Shown piece by piece: positions 1 to 11,600 of a stretch of DNA of 64,000 nt. Position 1 is the first letter of the stretch; every line of letters starts with the position of its first letter. Under the pieces are notes generated by a model that was not told where the DNA came from, made no database searches, and worked only from the letters and a program-made list of their open reading frames with translations. Origin of the DNA: Spirogloea muscicola (taxonomy: Eukaryota). Both the position numbers and the translations under genes were made by a program. The stretch is taken from contig WELB01000004.1 in assembly GCA_009602725.1 (NCBI GenBank), positions 701,277 through 765,276 of the forward strand, read 5' to 3'.

Positions 1-169
1 CGGCCAGGGCCAGCCGCCGGTCCCCCTGCGCTGTCCGGCCGCCGCCCGCCGGCCCTCCCGCGCCGATCCTGCCTTGCTGAGCGGCGCCGCAAGCCTGGCC
101 GCCGCGCGGACGGCCGTGAATGGCGTTGGCTCATTGGCGCAGCCTCGCGCCCTCCTCTTCTCTCTGCAG

Positions 170-3100
170 ATCTTGGACGGCCTTCTGAAGCTGCCGGACA
201 ACAGGGAATGTGCGGACTGCGGCTCCAAGTAAGCCGAGCGGAGGAGCAGGATTGCGTGCGATTCTGAGAGAGATGGGCCCCCCTGCCTTAGCAAACGGAT
301 CTTGGAACGTGATTGCCGCGGCTCATCGTCGGAGGGGGGGCTCGAGGAGCGTTGCCTAGGGTTGTGGCTTGTCGTCCTGCAATCTGGCACACCACGAATC
401 GGCTGTGGCCCGTTCACAGTGTCGTGCCTTTGTAGCTCACTCGTTTGCTTCTTTTCAAGCAGGGGTCCCAGATGGGCCAGCGTGAACCTGGGCATCTTCG
501 TCTGCATCCAATGCTCGGGGATACACAGGAGCCTTGGCGTGCACATCTCAAAGGTAATGATGTTACAGCACTTCGAGAGGCAGGTGCTGCAACCACTTGT
601 GCTTGCTTCCCACCAACCAACATACACATTGTTCTGTAAGGCCGTCACAGTCTGTAGCGTGGGACTGCCTCTAGTCCTTCTTGATTTGTGCAAGTGACCA
701 GCCTGCTTGCAGTGCTACGCTGTCTTGGATGACCAACTTCTAAGGACCTAGACAGTTTGCATCAGGTTGACAGAGCTAGCCCGGGCTTGTGTACATTCAC
801 AGGTCAGGTCAGCCACTCTGGACACGTGGCTGCCAGAGCAAGTTGCTTTCATCGAAAGTAAGAAACTCATCGATATGCATGAGTATTGACTGCATTAGGG
901 CGGGGGACGGCAGTCTGGTGAACAATCTTGCAATGCTTTCCGAAACTCCCATTGCCATCGTCCCAGTGCGGTTGCCTGCGTAAATTGGGTCTTTTGATCA
1001 TGAACTGACGAGTTGCCTGCTTGCTGTGCACAGGCATGGGTAACATGAAAGCCAACAAATACTGGGAAGCTCTCCTGCCTCCTGGCTTTCGAAGACCTGC
1101 TGAGACCGACAGGGATGGCCTTGAGGCGTTCATTCGACAAAAGTAAGTGACCTGCATACTGATGATTACAGCTACATTCACGTTCTCCATGTCACCTTTG
1201 TCAAGTCATGTTCTGAAGGAGCCATTGCTGTGTTGGTCCCGTACATCAAGGCCCTCAGAAGATGACACTCTCACTGCTTCTGTAGGTACGAGCTGAGGAG
1301 GTGGGTCGCTGATCAGAATAACAAGAAGGCAGCGCGGGATAGCGAGGGTGGTCAGTCGGAGCGCAGCCGAAGGCCGTACAAGGACGAGCAGGATTTTGGC
1401 GAGAGCAGGGAGAGGGATGGATGCAGGGTGTACGGCTCAAACGGGGGCATAACTCGCAATGAGTATGAGGAGCACAAGTTGAGGAGGGAAAGGCGGGAGA
1501 AAGAGTCTGGAGGCGCGGCTGCGGAGGAGAAGGACAAGGATAGGGCTCGCACCACCACCAGCACAAGCGCGGACGCTGCACGCCGGCCGGGGAGGCCAAC
1601 AGAGGGCTCTGCTCCTTCTCGACCATCCCCGACAGTGAATGGGGTGCCTGCCCGAACTTCTCGTTTGGCGCAGGTACACATTTCGTTCCTTTGCTACATC
1701 GCCAACTTGATGCCTAATGCCGCTCCTAACACATGCAGGAGCTTGCGACAAGGTTTTTGGCAAAGTAGGACTCTTAGCTTGGAGGTGCCTAACGTTCAAA
1801 TACTTGGCCATCTGGTGAGCCTGAGTCTGTTGCGCCACCTTGCAGAAGACACCGATAGTGTTGAAGGTTCCTGCCATAAGAGCAGTACCTAAGAACGCCG
1901 ACGCCCCAGCAACTCCCCCACTTCCCCTCCCTGTCACTACAGACCTATTTGACTTGCTCGGACTAGATGATCCACCTACTCCTGCTTCTGGAGCATCGCT
2001 TAGTACATCACAGACCGTCCAACCAGGCTCCTCAGCCAATGATCAGGGCTGGGCAGCCTTCCCAGGTACTATTTATGTAGCATGACCTGCTACGGCACCT
2101 GGAATTGAAGTTGCTACTGTTGTCAGGAATGTTTGGGTTGAGATATTATCTGCTGGAAGGCATGTCACAGCCTGTGCACTCCTGATATTTATCAAGAGCA
2201 CTGCGAGCTTCAAAGACTTCGGGCCCTCGATATTGATATTGGTCTTTGGTGTCCCCGTAAGGACAGGCATGGACACACAGGCAGCTCATGCACCTACATC
2301 TGCTTCAAGTACTGAGCCTACGCCAAGCATTGCCGGCGGCGATGCACCTTCTACAAAACCAGCAGAAGCAGAGCAGCCCAACTTTGCTGCCTTTCCTCCA
2401 ATGAGCACAAGCAACGAGCTTGAGGACCTCTTTGCAATTTCGCCAGCTGTGAACAACGCAAATGCGGGCCAAGCTTCTTCCTCATCCCAAAGCAAGGATG
2501 TGAAGAAAGAGGACATCCTCAGCCTCTTTGAGAAAGTGAGTTGGATGAGGAAGTGCAGTGGCCAGCTGATCAGATGCTGTGCTGTTGCCTAGCCCTGCTG
2601 AAGCTCTTGCTACAGGCAGGTCACTGTTGTCCACTCTTGTCTACTCTTGTCTAAGGCACCTAATACATACCGTCGTGGTTTGCGAATTTGTCTGCCAGCC
2701 ATCTCCGCTGGTTGCCAGGCAGCAAATGGCGATGATGCTGCAGCAACAACAGATGCTCATGGCAGCAGCAGCCGCAGCAGCAGCCAGGGGAGGAATGGCC
2801 GGGGCTGCTGGCCCAGCCATGATCTCCGCCAACCTCGCTGGGAGCAGCCAAAATGCTGACAGCGCAAGCGCACCCTCCTCGATGGCCAATGGCGTAGACC
2901 TGCAGGTGAAGTATACCAACCGTGCATCGTTGTGAAGCACACTCGACAGCATTTCTGACTCTTCAACATGACGCTCATTCTTGTCAGCAGCTCATCAAGA
3001 TCTAGCGCAACCTTCTAAATCATGAAGTCATTATTGTGACAGTGAAGAATGCGTTGGGTGCAGGAATAATGGCAGCTCCATTTGCATAGCAGTAGCCCAG

Positions 3101-3690
3101 AAAGGGTGTCTTGGCCCAGTGTTGTATACATTGGCTTCATAACTACACCTTCCACTTCTAGAGGCACTCATTTCCTGTGCTACTTTGTGATATGTGCAGA
3201 GCGAAATCTTTGGGCAGCAGAACTCATCTAGCAGCATGCCTTCTGCCCTGCAAGGCCAGCTAGAGATGCTCATGACAATGAGCAAGTCCAGGTGAGTCTA
3301 TTGAAAGCATCGAAGGAATTTGTGAGCAAGAACTCAGCACCATCCAGTATGGTTTGTGTGTTATCAAGTAAAGGCTGCTATTGACTGATTGTTGTAAATG
3401 CACACGCTTTCTTCTTCAGCATGCTCGTGCAGCCCTCGTCCAGTCAGCAGCCCGGCAGTGCATTCATGAGCCCGCTGTCGGGCCTCGGCAGCGCGATGCA
3501 TCGGGCGACGTCCTTGTCCAACTCAGCGGTTCCTGGGGCCAGTGCCACGGCGGGGAGCTTCAACTTCGACGACATGGTCTCAGCCAAGCCTCAAGGGGCA
3601 TCAGTTGAGAGTGCCGGCGCTGCAAAGGCTGCCGTTGATGGCGCAGCGTTCGACTTCTCGTCCCTCACTGCCGATGCTTTCACCAAGTAA
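170..3690 (+). CDS. ADP-ribosylation factor GTPase-activating protein (AGD5/SMAP-like), multi-exon; first exon lies before the window
   Basis: GT-AG exons 170-228 ([20 protein letters not shown]), 463-553 ([30 protein letters not shown]), 803-857 ([18 protein letters not shown]) and 1034-1142 ([12 protein letters not shown]...FIRQK) rebuild the CxxC-x16-CxxC ArfGAP zinc finger. Later exons carry DLFDLL, WAAF and [10 protein letters not shown] motifs. Ends [13 protein letters not shown] at 3690. Confidence 0.93.
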
Positions 3691-4156
3691 TAGCACATTC
3701 GCTCACTAAGGGCTGCAGCAAGATTATGGCACCTGATGCCTCCACGGCCAGGTGCCTCACGCTTGCCTAAGGTGTTGGCCACCAATTAGTCGAAACGGAC
3801 ATGGTCAGCTTGCCTTGCAGTCTCACAACCTTCTGGTTCTGGCTATGGCAGGCCCCCAGTCAAGCTTGATGCACTGCCTGCGTGCTTCAGGCTATATGCT
3901 TTCTGCAGATGCCTCACGTCTTGATGCTAGCAGCAGTCCTGATCTGTCACTTCCAAGTAATATACCAAACATTCAATAATTTGACTATGACTCTTGGCTC
4001 AACAAGCTGGCTCAGCTTGCTGTGTTTGGTCCACTCCATCAAATGAAGACCACAGTAAAGGGGACTGCTTCAACAAGCATGGCAAAAGAATACAATAAGG
4101 GTCTGCCACTTTTGCAGAGATCAAAGAGACAGGTGTAACCTACAAAAAAGTATAAG

Positions 4157-6159
4157 CTAGGAGTGTTGATGTTGAGCGTTCTTGTAGTGTTCCACAATCT
4201 GGGCGTCAAGCTTGTAATAGCTCGGGAATTTGGCCAGTGGCTTCATGTCGAGGTCCACGAAGGACATCTGCAGGCCAAGAATATGACAGAGTTCAGTTGC
4301 CTCCATGGAGCGCAGAAGAGCGTGTCACACAATGGGGCCAGTGACTAAACATGCAAGACATGGTGATGCATTTGCTACTTCGGTTGGCCATTGATGCATC
4401 AGCTTCATTCTGCTTGGAAGGTCCAGGTAAGACCTTGCAGAGAAAGCGCTGGCCAGTCTCGTTACAGGTCACCACGGTTCCGCGCTCGCCAACCTGCACG
4501 GTATCGATGCTGTCTGGCAGGCCGCAGAATGCGACCATGAGGCCGCAGTCCTTGGCTGTCGCCGCAATGAGGAAGTCACGGACGAGCTTCCGGCACTCCT
4601 CCATCGGCAGCGCTTGTATGGCTGTGACTGCAGCCCGCCAGCGCATGTGCTCGTCGTCCTGCGTGCTACATTGCTTGAGTATAGCATCGCCACCAATGCC
4701 GTCGGGACAGCCAAAGAGCTTGTCATACGCGTGTATGGCGCCCTCGATGTCTGCCACATCCAGGCGCTGCGCCGCCAGGAGCCTGGCGAGCACATCCGTG
4801 CTGACAAACTGCTCCATGAGCATGCCGACCAGCGCCGCCAGCCGCTGGCCGGCGGGCAGGGTCACGAAGCCCTCCAGGCCTGCCTCGAGCGCTGCCTGTG
4901 CAGCACTGCCGCTCTGCTCAGCTGCCGTGGCTTCCGAGTGGCTCCCAAAGATCTCGGCGCCGTCCCTGAAGACATGCAGGTTGTTCTGTGGCGTGTCCAG
5001 AAGTGCGTCCAGCGCTGCCGCCACGCGAGGCGCCGAGCCCGAGAAGAGGTCCAGCGGGTCATACTTGCTCAGGTGGTCAAGCTGCACATGCTTGCAGGCG
5101 CATCCATGTCTCATCATTAAATAGTCGTTAAGCAACGTATATTGCGGCTCGTCGTGTAGCTGTCAAGCTTGAGGTAGAGCATTTGGTATGGCTAACTTGC
5201 GGTTCAGGATGTAGGATCATAGGCAAGACGGGCTAGCAATCGCTTAATGTGTAGCTTGCGCAGCGAGGCTGGCGGTTAGCCAGGGCTGCGGCACTGAGGC
5301 CCATGAGAGTGGCCCACCTTTCCTTGGGCGAGCTTGAGGTGCTGGTGCATGGCAAAGCGGGACGTGCAGCGCTTCACGGCGTTGCCAGGAGCGTTGGTTG
5401 CTGCCGAGGGCAGGAACCCGCACTTGGTCTGCACCCAGAAGACGCGCAGAGGATGGCAGCATCAGTGCACGTTAGTGGCCATCAGCGAGACCCTCTGGCT
5501 CGCCGCTCTCTTATCTGGCACTGAGAGGGCAGCAAAGGCTGCTAAAGTCTCCACCTTCTGGGCTCGGAGCACGGGTAACGCACCTTGATCTCGACACAGA
5601 TGGTCGGCGCAGAAGCGCCGCCGGCACCTGAGGCCCAAGCAGAGCAGCAGCAAGTCACGCTCAGTCTGGTCGCGCCGTCGGCGGCCCACTTCAGTGGCAG
5701 CGGCGCCAGTCGAGACTAACCTTCTCTGACTGGAAAAGTCAGGATTTACATTCAGGGTTCAGGGTTTAGGTTTCAGTGCAGTGCTCGATGCCCTGCCTTT
5801 GGCAGGGACAGGCGAGCGCCGACAAGCGCCAAGGCGGCGGGCAGCTGCAGTAGGACTCAAGGGCGCAAGGGCTGGGTTCAAGCCATGGAGTTTCGGGCCA
5901 GGCTTTGCGACAAGGAATATCGAACATGGTTCTCATGATTCTCAAGACTCAGTCACAGGGTTTGGGGTTTGGGGTTCAGGATTTAAGGGTTTAGGGTTAA
6001 GGTTAGGGTTAACGGTGCCGACTGGCGGGCAGCGGGATGCGGGAGTGGTCGGAGATGAGCAGCGCGAGGCCCGGGCGCAGCGACAGCCCGCCGCCGCGCC
6101 GCCGCCAGCCGGGCCGGCTCGCCGCGATCCCTGCCGCCACCGCCTCCAGGAACGGCGCC
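4157..6159 (-). CDS. IPK1: Inositol-1,3,4,5,6-pentakisphosphate 2-kinase; 5' part hidden in gap 6160-6575
   Basis: Exons encode FLEAVAAGIAASRPGWR...LISDHS, ICVEIK|TKCGFL...SRFAMHQHLK, YDPLDLFSG, TPQNNLHVF, FLIAATAKDCG and DLDMKPLAKFPSYYKLDAQIV. All are hallmark IPK1 motifs. Stop TAG at 4157-4159. Confidence 0.92.
5751..6012 (+). repeat. Degenerate telomere-like (TTTAGGG/TTAGGG/TTCAGGG/TTTGGGG) tracts inside an IPK1 intron
   Basis: 5957-6012 agggtttggggtttggggttcaggatttaagggtttagggttaaggttagggttaa and 5751-5776 ttcagggttcagggtttaggtttcag. Confidence 0.75.
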
Positions 6160-6575
6160 NNNNNNNNNNNNNNNNNNNNNNNNNNNNNNNNNNNNNNNNN
6201 NNNNNNNNNNNNNNNNNNNNNNNNNNNNNNNNNNNNNNNNNNNNNNNNNNNNNNNNNNNNNNNNNNNNNNNNNNNNNNNNNNNNNNNNNNNNNNNNNNNN
6301 NNNNNNNNNNNNNNNNNNNNNNNNNNNNNNNNNNNNNNNNNNNNNNNNNNNNNNNNNNNNNNNNNNNNNNNNNNNNNNNNNNNNNNNNNNNNNNNNNNNN
6401 NNNNNNNNNNNNNNNNNNNNNNNNNNNNNNNNNNNNNNNNNNNNNNNNNNNNNNNNNNNNNNNNNNNNNNNNNNNNNNNNNNNNNNNNNNNNNNNNNNNN
6501 NNNNNNNNNNNNNNNNNNNNNNNNNNNNNNNNNNNNNNNNNNNNNNNNNNNNNNNNNNNNNNNNNNNNNNNNNNN
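6160..6575. other. Assembly gap (N run)
   Basis: Ns; should contain the IPK1 start. Confidence 1.
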
Positions 6576-7080
6576 GCTACCGAATGCGTTTATCTATGTG
6601 CCTACAGGGGTCCCAGGCGATTGCTTTACATCGCCGGGCTGGTCGCGCCCTTGCAGCAGCCTCTGGTTCGCGCAGCGGGGTTGCTCTTCCTCCCCTCAGC
6701 TCATCCGACTTCCTAGTGCTGACACGGGGGTATTGAGGGTGCCCTGTCTGCCTAGCCTTTGGCTCCGCCATGAACACCTGTATGCATCTGGCTGGCAATT
6801 TACAGCCGAATCTTTCATATCAGCAGCAATTTTTTGTGCTTGTTTTCTTAGTGATTCCCTTGGCCCCTTCTCGTACTTTGTCCATTCTATTTCGGACTGG
6901 CTTTTTTCAGTCCCTATCCTCAATGGGCGAGCCCTTCTCTCTTTTCTGCCTTGTTCGTTCCTTTGGAACTTGCGGGCAAGCCTTGCTATGGCTGCTACTT
7001 CTGGGTCTCGTCGTGATGCCCCTTTTTCACCAGTCAATTTGGCAGCGCTGTTCAGTTTTTTTTTACCTGCAAGTTACTCC
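6576..7080 (+). mobile_element. 3' end of an RLE-type (CRE-like) non-LTR retrotransposon: ORF C-terminus plus T-rich 3' UTR
   Basis: 6578-6736 translates YRMRLSMCLQGSQAIALHRRAGRALAAASGSRSGVALPPLSSSDFLVLTRGY*, homologous to the ORF ends at 43108, 53161 and 54136. The stretch 6763-6830 (tgaacacctgtatgcatctggctggca...tctttcatatcagcagc) recurs at about 50748-50815. Confidence 0.75.
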
Positions 7081-7097
7081 GAACGGCGGCGACTACG

Positions 7098-7978
7098 ATG
7101 CTTGCCGCTGCGGCGCCGGCGGGCGGCCGCGTGGTCTGCCCGCCGGCTCTTCCGTGCCGCCGCCTTGACAATGCTGGCGGTCGCCGCGGCGGCGTCCGGA
7201 AGGCGCACCGGAGGACGCCGGCGGTGTCGGCGGCCATCGACTGGGCGGCCCTGCCCGCGTGGTGAGGCGCTCGCGCCCGCCCCGCCGCCATCCGCGTCGC
7301 GAAGCGCGGCGGAGCCGCCTGGCTGGCTCAGCGCCGTCTTTGCCGAGGCGCAGGCTGGTGAAGGCGGCGGCGGAGCGCGTGTACCCCGCCAACCCCTGCG
7401 GCGACGGGCGGTACCTCGACCCCCGCACCCGCGCCTGCGTCTACGTCTGCCGCCCCGACTACGCCTGGGACGCCGCCGCCAGCGTCCTCGCCGCGCAGCC
7501 GCCGCAGCACTCGCCGCCTCCATTGCCTCGCCGCCGCCTCCGCCGGCGGGAGCCCAGCTGCTTCCGCCGGCCTGCGGCGACGGCTTCGTGTTCGACGCCG
7601 AGCTCGACGCCTGCGTGCCGTACCAGGTGCGTCGCCCCCGCTCCTTGCGGCGGCCATGGCATGCTCATGGCGAGCAGCTCGAGCTGCCGGTGGGCCACCA
7701 TTGCTCTCAGAGCCTGCCGCCGCTGCTTGTGCCCTCCTCGGCCTTCGCCTCAGGGAGGCGCCACTCAGAAGCGCAGGCGGCGGCCCGGCGAGGCGGCGCT
7801 GCAATGGCTCGCGGCGTACGTGTTTGGCCGCAGCGAGTCGTGTCCCATTGGGTTCTACCTCGATCCTGCCACGACAGCGTGCGTGCCGCTCTGCGCGCCG
7901 GGATATCTGTACGACCGCGACCTCAAGCGCTGCATTCCCATTTCCCAGCGCCCTCCTGATAGCCAGCGGCCGCGGTGA
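7098..7978 (+). CDS. Unknown small protein with tandem C-x2-G-x3-D-x5-C modules; apparent frameshift near 7470-7500
   Basis: Inferred exons 7098-7261, 7354-7626 and 7754-7978 with GT-AG introns. Modules: CGDGRYLDPRTRAC, CRPDYAWDAAA(broken), CGDGFVFDAELDAC, CPIGFYLDPATTAC, CAPGYLYDRDLKRC. The N-terminus is Arg/Ala-rich and poor in acidic residues. Confidence 0.6.
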
Positions 7979-8442
7979 AGAGAAGCGGCGACAGGGAGTC
8001 GGACTAGTAGACCTGTTGAAGGCTCGCACTACTTCCGAGCCAGAGTTGGAGGCGGTGAAGCCCATGCAGTGATTGTGTGTCGCCTCGGCCCTTCATGGAG
8101 TCCCTACAAGCTGCGCAGCCCTGCCGTGTCTTGCCCTCGAAGTTTTTGTCGGAGTTGCTGGCTGGCATTAAATTTGGATCAAACTTGCTGATGCATTGAG
8201 GACGTTGCTTGGGGCAATCATCAACCGCCGAGATCCGAACACTGCAGTGTTCATCACTAAGCACCAGCAGGGCAACTTACACTACGCTGGACGAATAATA
8301 GACGCTGTGGCAACGCAATCATGCACTAGATGCACACTGTGATTCAGTCGCACAAGGCCAGCTGCAACTTGACCTCGCAGAGAAGATGTCGTTGAGCTGC
8401 TCCGGCAGCATGGCTGCCGCTCACACTGGCCTCAAACTCGTG

Positions 8443-8536
8443 CAGCTGCTGCACAGCTGCCGCAGTGCTCAGAATAAAGGGGAGCCAGAACTGGCTCCCC
8501 TTTATTCTGAGCACTGCGGCAGCTGTGCAGCAGCTG
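8443..8536. repeat. Perfect 46-bp inverted repeat with a 2-nt spacer
   Basis: 8443-8488 cagctgctgcacagctgccgcagtgctcagaataaaggggagccag, then aa, then its exact reverse complement at 8491-8536. Confidence 0.97.
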
Positions 8537-8696
8537 GGTTGAGAAACAGGCCAGAGCCCTGAGATGCCGCCGTCGCCACCTTTGCATGTCCTGAGCTATG
8601 ATGCAGCGGAGTCCACATTGTCACCAGGACTTGCTGGCTGCCGAGGTGGTCACTCAGGGTGATCTCCGGGCCGTGGCTGCAGATCCCACGTTCGGC

Positions 8697-11600
8697 ATGG
8701 CGCACTCCCAAGGTGCTGCCGTTGAGGCGGAGCCTAGAGGCGCTGCCGCCATTGCCGCGGCGGTGCGGGCCTGTGCGGCAGTGGACCAGCACTGCCACAA
8801 CCTGGCCGGCGACGGCGGCGCCGGGCCTGCCGGCGGGGTGCCGTACCTGCGCCTCTTCTCCGAGGCCGACGGCTCTGCGCTGGGCGACGCAGTGCACACG
8901 CTGAGCTTCAAGGTGCGCCGCAGAAGGAGCTGCGCAATGTGATGAGTCTCAGGGCTACACTGGACGCTGTCGACGTCCTGACACCTTGAAGACAGCGTGG
9001 TCATGGGCACCCAACTTGGCACTCGACGCGCCGGCAGCGGAGCGTGCGGGACCTGGCGGCGGTCTACGGCGTGGCGCCGTCCCTGGAGGCCCTGGAGGCG
9101 CGTCGCCGGGAGCTCGGCCCGGAGGGCTCGGCGGCGCTGCTCCTGAAGGAGGCCCACCTCGCCGCGATCCTCGTCGACGACGGCCTGGCCCTCGGCCCGG
9201 ACCCCGTGGCGGCGCTCCCGCTGGCGTGGCACCGGCAGTTCGTGCCCGTCGTGAAGCGCGTCCTCCGCCTGGAGGCCGTCGCTGAGCACGTCGTGCAGGA
9301 GGTGCGGAGACGAGACCAGGCTCCTTGAGGCAAACCCACATTGGCGATCCTCACAAGCAGCGCTGAACAAGACCTCGGTCATTGCTTGCGGTTGCAATCT
9401 CAGCACTGTGCCAAGGAGTGTGCGTTCTGTTACAATTAGAAATACTTTATTGTGACGACTCAAGTGTGGCTACTGTGCTGCCTGACCAGATGAAGGACGG
9501 GTGGAAGGTAAGCACACAGAGGAGATGCGCCGAGGTGAAGGGTGGGGCAGCTTGCTTGTATCTGCTCGCAGCTGCGCGCGCTCGTGACGTCGAGGCGAGC
9601 GGCGGCAAGGGGAGGCCCTGAGCTTGGACGAGCAACGGGCTGCCAGCGCAGGCCAAGCAGCAGCAGCCGGGCTCGCCAGACGTGCTGGACGACTTTGAAG
9701 CTCGCTTTCTGCAGGCCCTTGACCAATATCCAGCACTTACATGGGGAGAATGCCATCTCATGCCTTTCCGTGCCTTTCCCAGTAGCAACATGTCAGCCAG
9801 ATGCTGCCAGTACCTTGCGATAGTTGTGCATGATGCTCTGAGCCTTAGCAGACACAGAGTTGCAGAGGTACTTGAAGGCAAAGCTCTCCAGCCGACGTCC
9901 TTGACTGCTCGCTCCCACAGCGGGGGACGATGTGGTGGCCTTCAAGAGCATTGCAGCGTACCGCAGTGGACTGGACATCAATTCAGACATTGACGCAGCC
10001 AGCTCTGCTGCAAAGCGTGCCCTGGACGACGAAATACGAAAAGGCATGAGCTGCAAAAGCACAGAAAGCGGCTGCATCTGCAATCAAGGCGTTGCTTAGC
10101 ACATGGCACCCTGCTGAGCTATCAGCAAGAACCAAGACAAATGGGTGGAGCAGCCTAGCTTGACAATGCTGCGATGCAGGTCCTGGCCGGATCACCAACA
10201 AGGATCTCATTGACTATATCTTCTTGACGGGACTGAGAGTTGCGACGATGCGCAGCATCCCACTCCAGATTCATACAGGGTATCATTGTGAACCCATACG
10301 CATAGCATTGATCCTCAGTCCTCACGAGCTGTCTTTCCTACTGCCTTCTTGTTTGTTGAATGATTGCCTTGTGCTAATTGTAACTAATGGCCGACTGGAT
10401 GGCTATTGAGCACATTGGCACAAGAAAGTATCTGCTGAAGCTGCAGACCTTCGCAAGTCTGGCAAGTTGAGAGGCTCTTAAGGAGAATACGCATGCAGGT
10501 TTGGGGACAAGGATCTGGATTTGAGACTGGCGAATCCCCTCCACCTCCGGGCAGTGCTGGAGCACCCAAGCTTCGAGACCAGCCGCATTGTATTGCTCCA
10601 CGCTTCCTATCCCTTTGCCAGGGAGGCCGGCTACCTTGCCAGCGTCTACAGCCAGGTAATGTGATGGCAGACTGTGTGCCTTGTCTCAAAACCTGCAAAC
10701 TCAATCTCATCCTGATCCATTCTGATCCAGCTGAGACTATGATGTGCTTAATGTGCTTCAGGTTTATGTTGACTTCGGGCTGGCTGTACCAAAGCTCTCC
10801 GTCGCTGGCATGCAGCAGACCTTGAAGGAGCTACTAAGTCTTGCTCCTATTAACAAGGTTTGCTGCGACCTCCAATTACGTTCGGGGCTGCAGCACTGGG
10901 CTTCACAGCACTGGGCTTCTGTGGTTTCTTGACGTTCAGTTTAACCTCTACTCTGGAAAAAGAGAGAAGGCCCGTGGTGCACATGCGATGAAAGGGAGGC
11001 CAAATCAAAGCGATACACAGTTCAGGCAAAGCTATTGCATACACTGGGGATAAACAAAGCGAAGCTCTTGCTAAGGGGGGCTAAGGTAACAGTGCGAAAG
11101 CCGGCAGAAGTGGACATCAGTACTGACGACTGAGCATATGCGGATTCAGCAAGTAGATGAGTTTGTTTCTTTATCCTACATTGAAGCTAACAGGCACATA
11201 GATTACTTCCTGTCTCACCACAAGTCGCAGTGGTGCTTCTCTTTGGGGTGCAGGTCATGTACAGTGGAGATGGGTATGCATATGCTGAGACTTATTATCT
11301 GGGTAAGCCAAGGATTGGCCACTGAGCTACTACTTCAGTCCACCTCTGAACAGAAGGATGACTAGGGTCACCCTCTTGTAAAAGCGTTAGTCAACATCGT
11401 CAGTGAGGGGCAGAGATGTACATTGCTTGCATCACGCGACCAGAATATGGGCTGCTCTGTGGGTGCACAGCGGCAAAGTGCGGGCGTGGAGCTCTGGAGT
11501 CCACGCTGTGTGGCGCCATGGACAACGGCGATCTTACTACTACAGAAGCGGTGGAGGCTGCGCATGACATCCTGAGGAGAAATGCCGAGAGGCTGTACAT

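Noticed and set aside
4351..5124. 257-aa + strand ORF opposite IPK1
   Set aside because: Antisense shadow of a GC-rich IPK1 exon with no recognisable motifs.
5781..7959. Long ORFs in the supplied track that cross N-gaps (also 18498-21213 and 57369-59033)
   Set aside because: Their length comes from X residues and stop-poor GC-rich sequence; the real genes are spliced and use other frames.
8378..8420. EDVVELLRQHG ankyrin-like peptide just before the palindrome
   Set aside because: Only 11 residues, too short to distinguish from chance.
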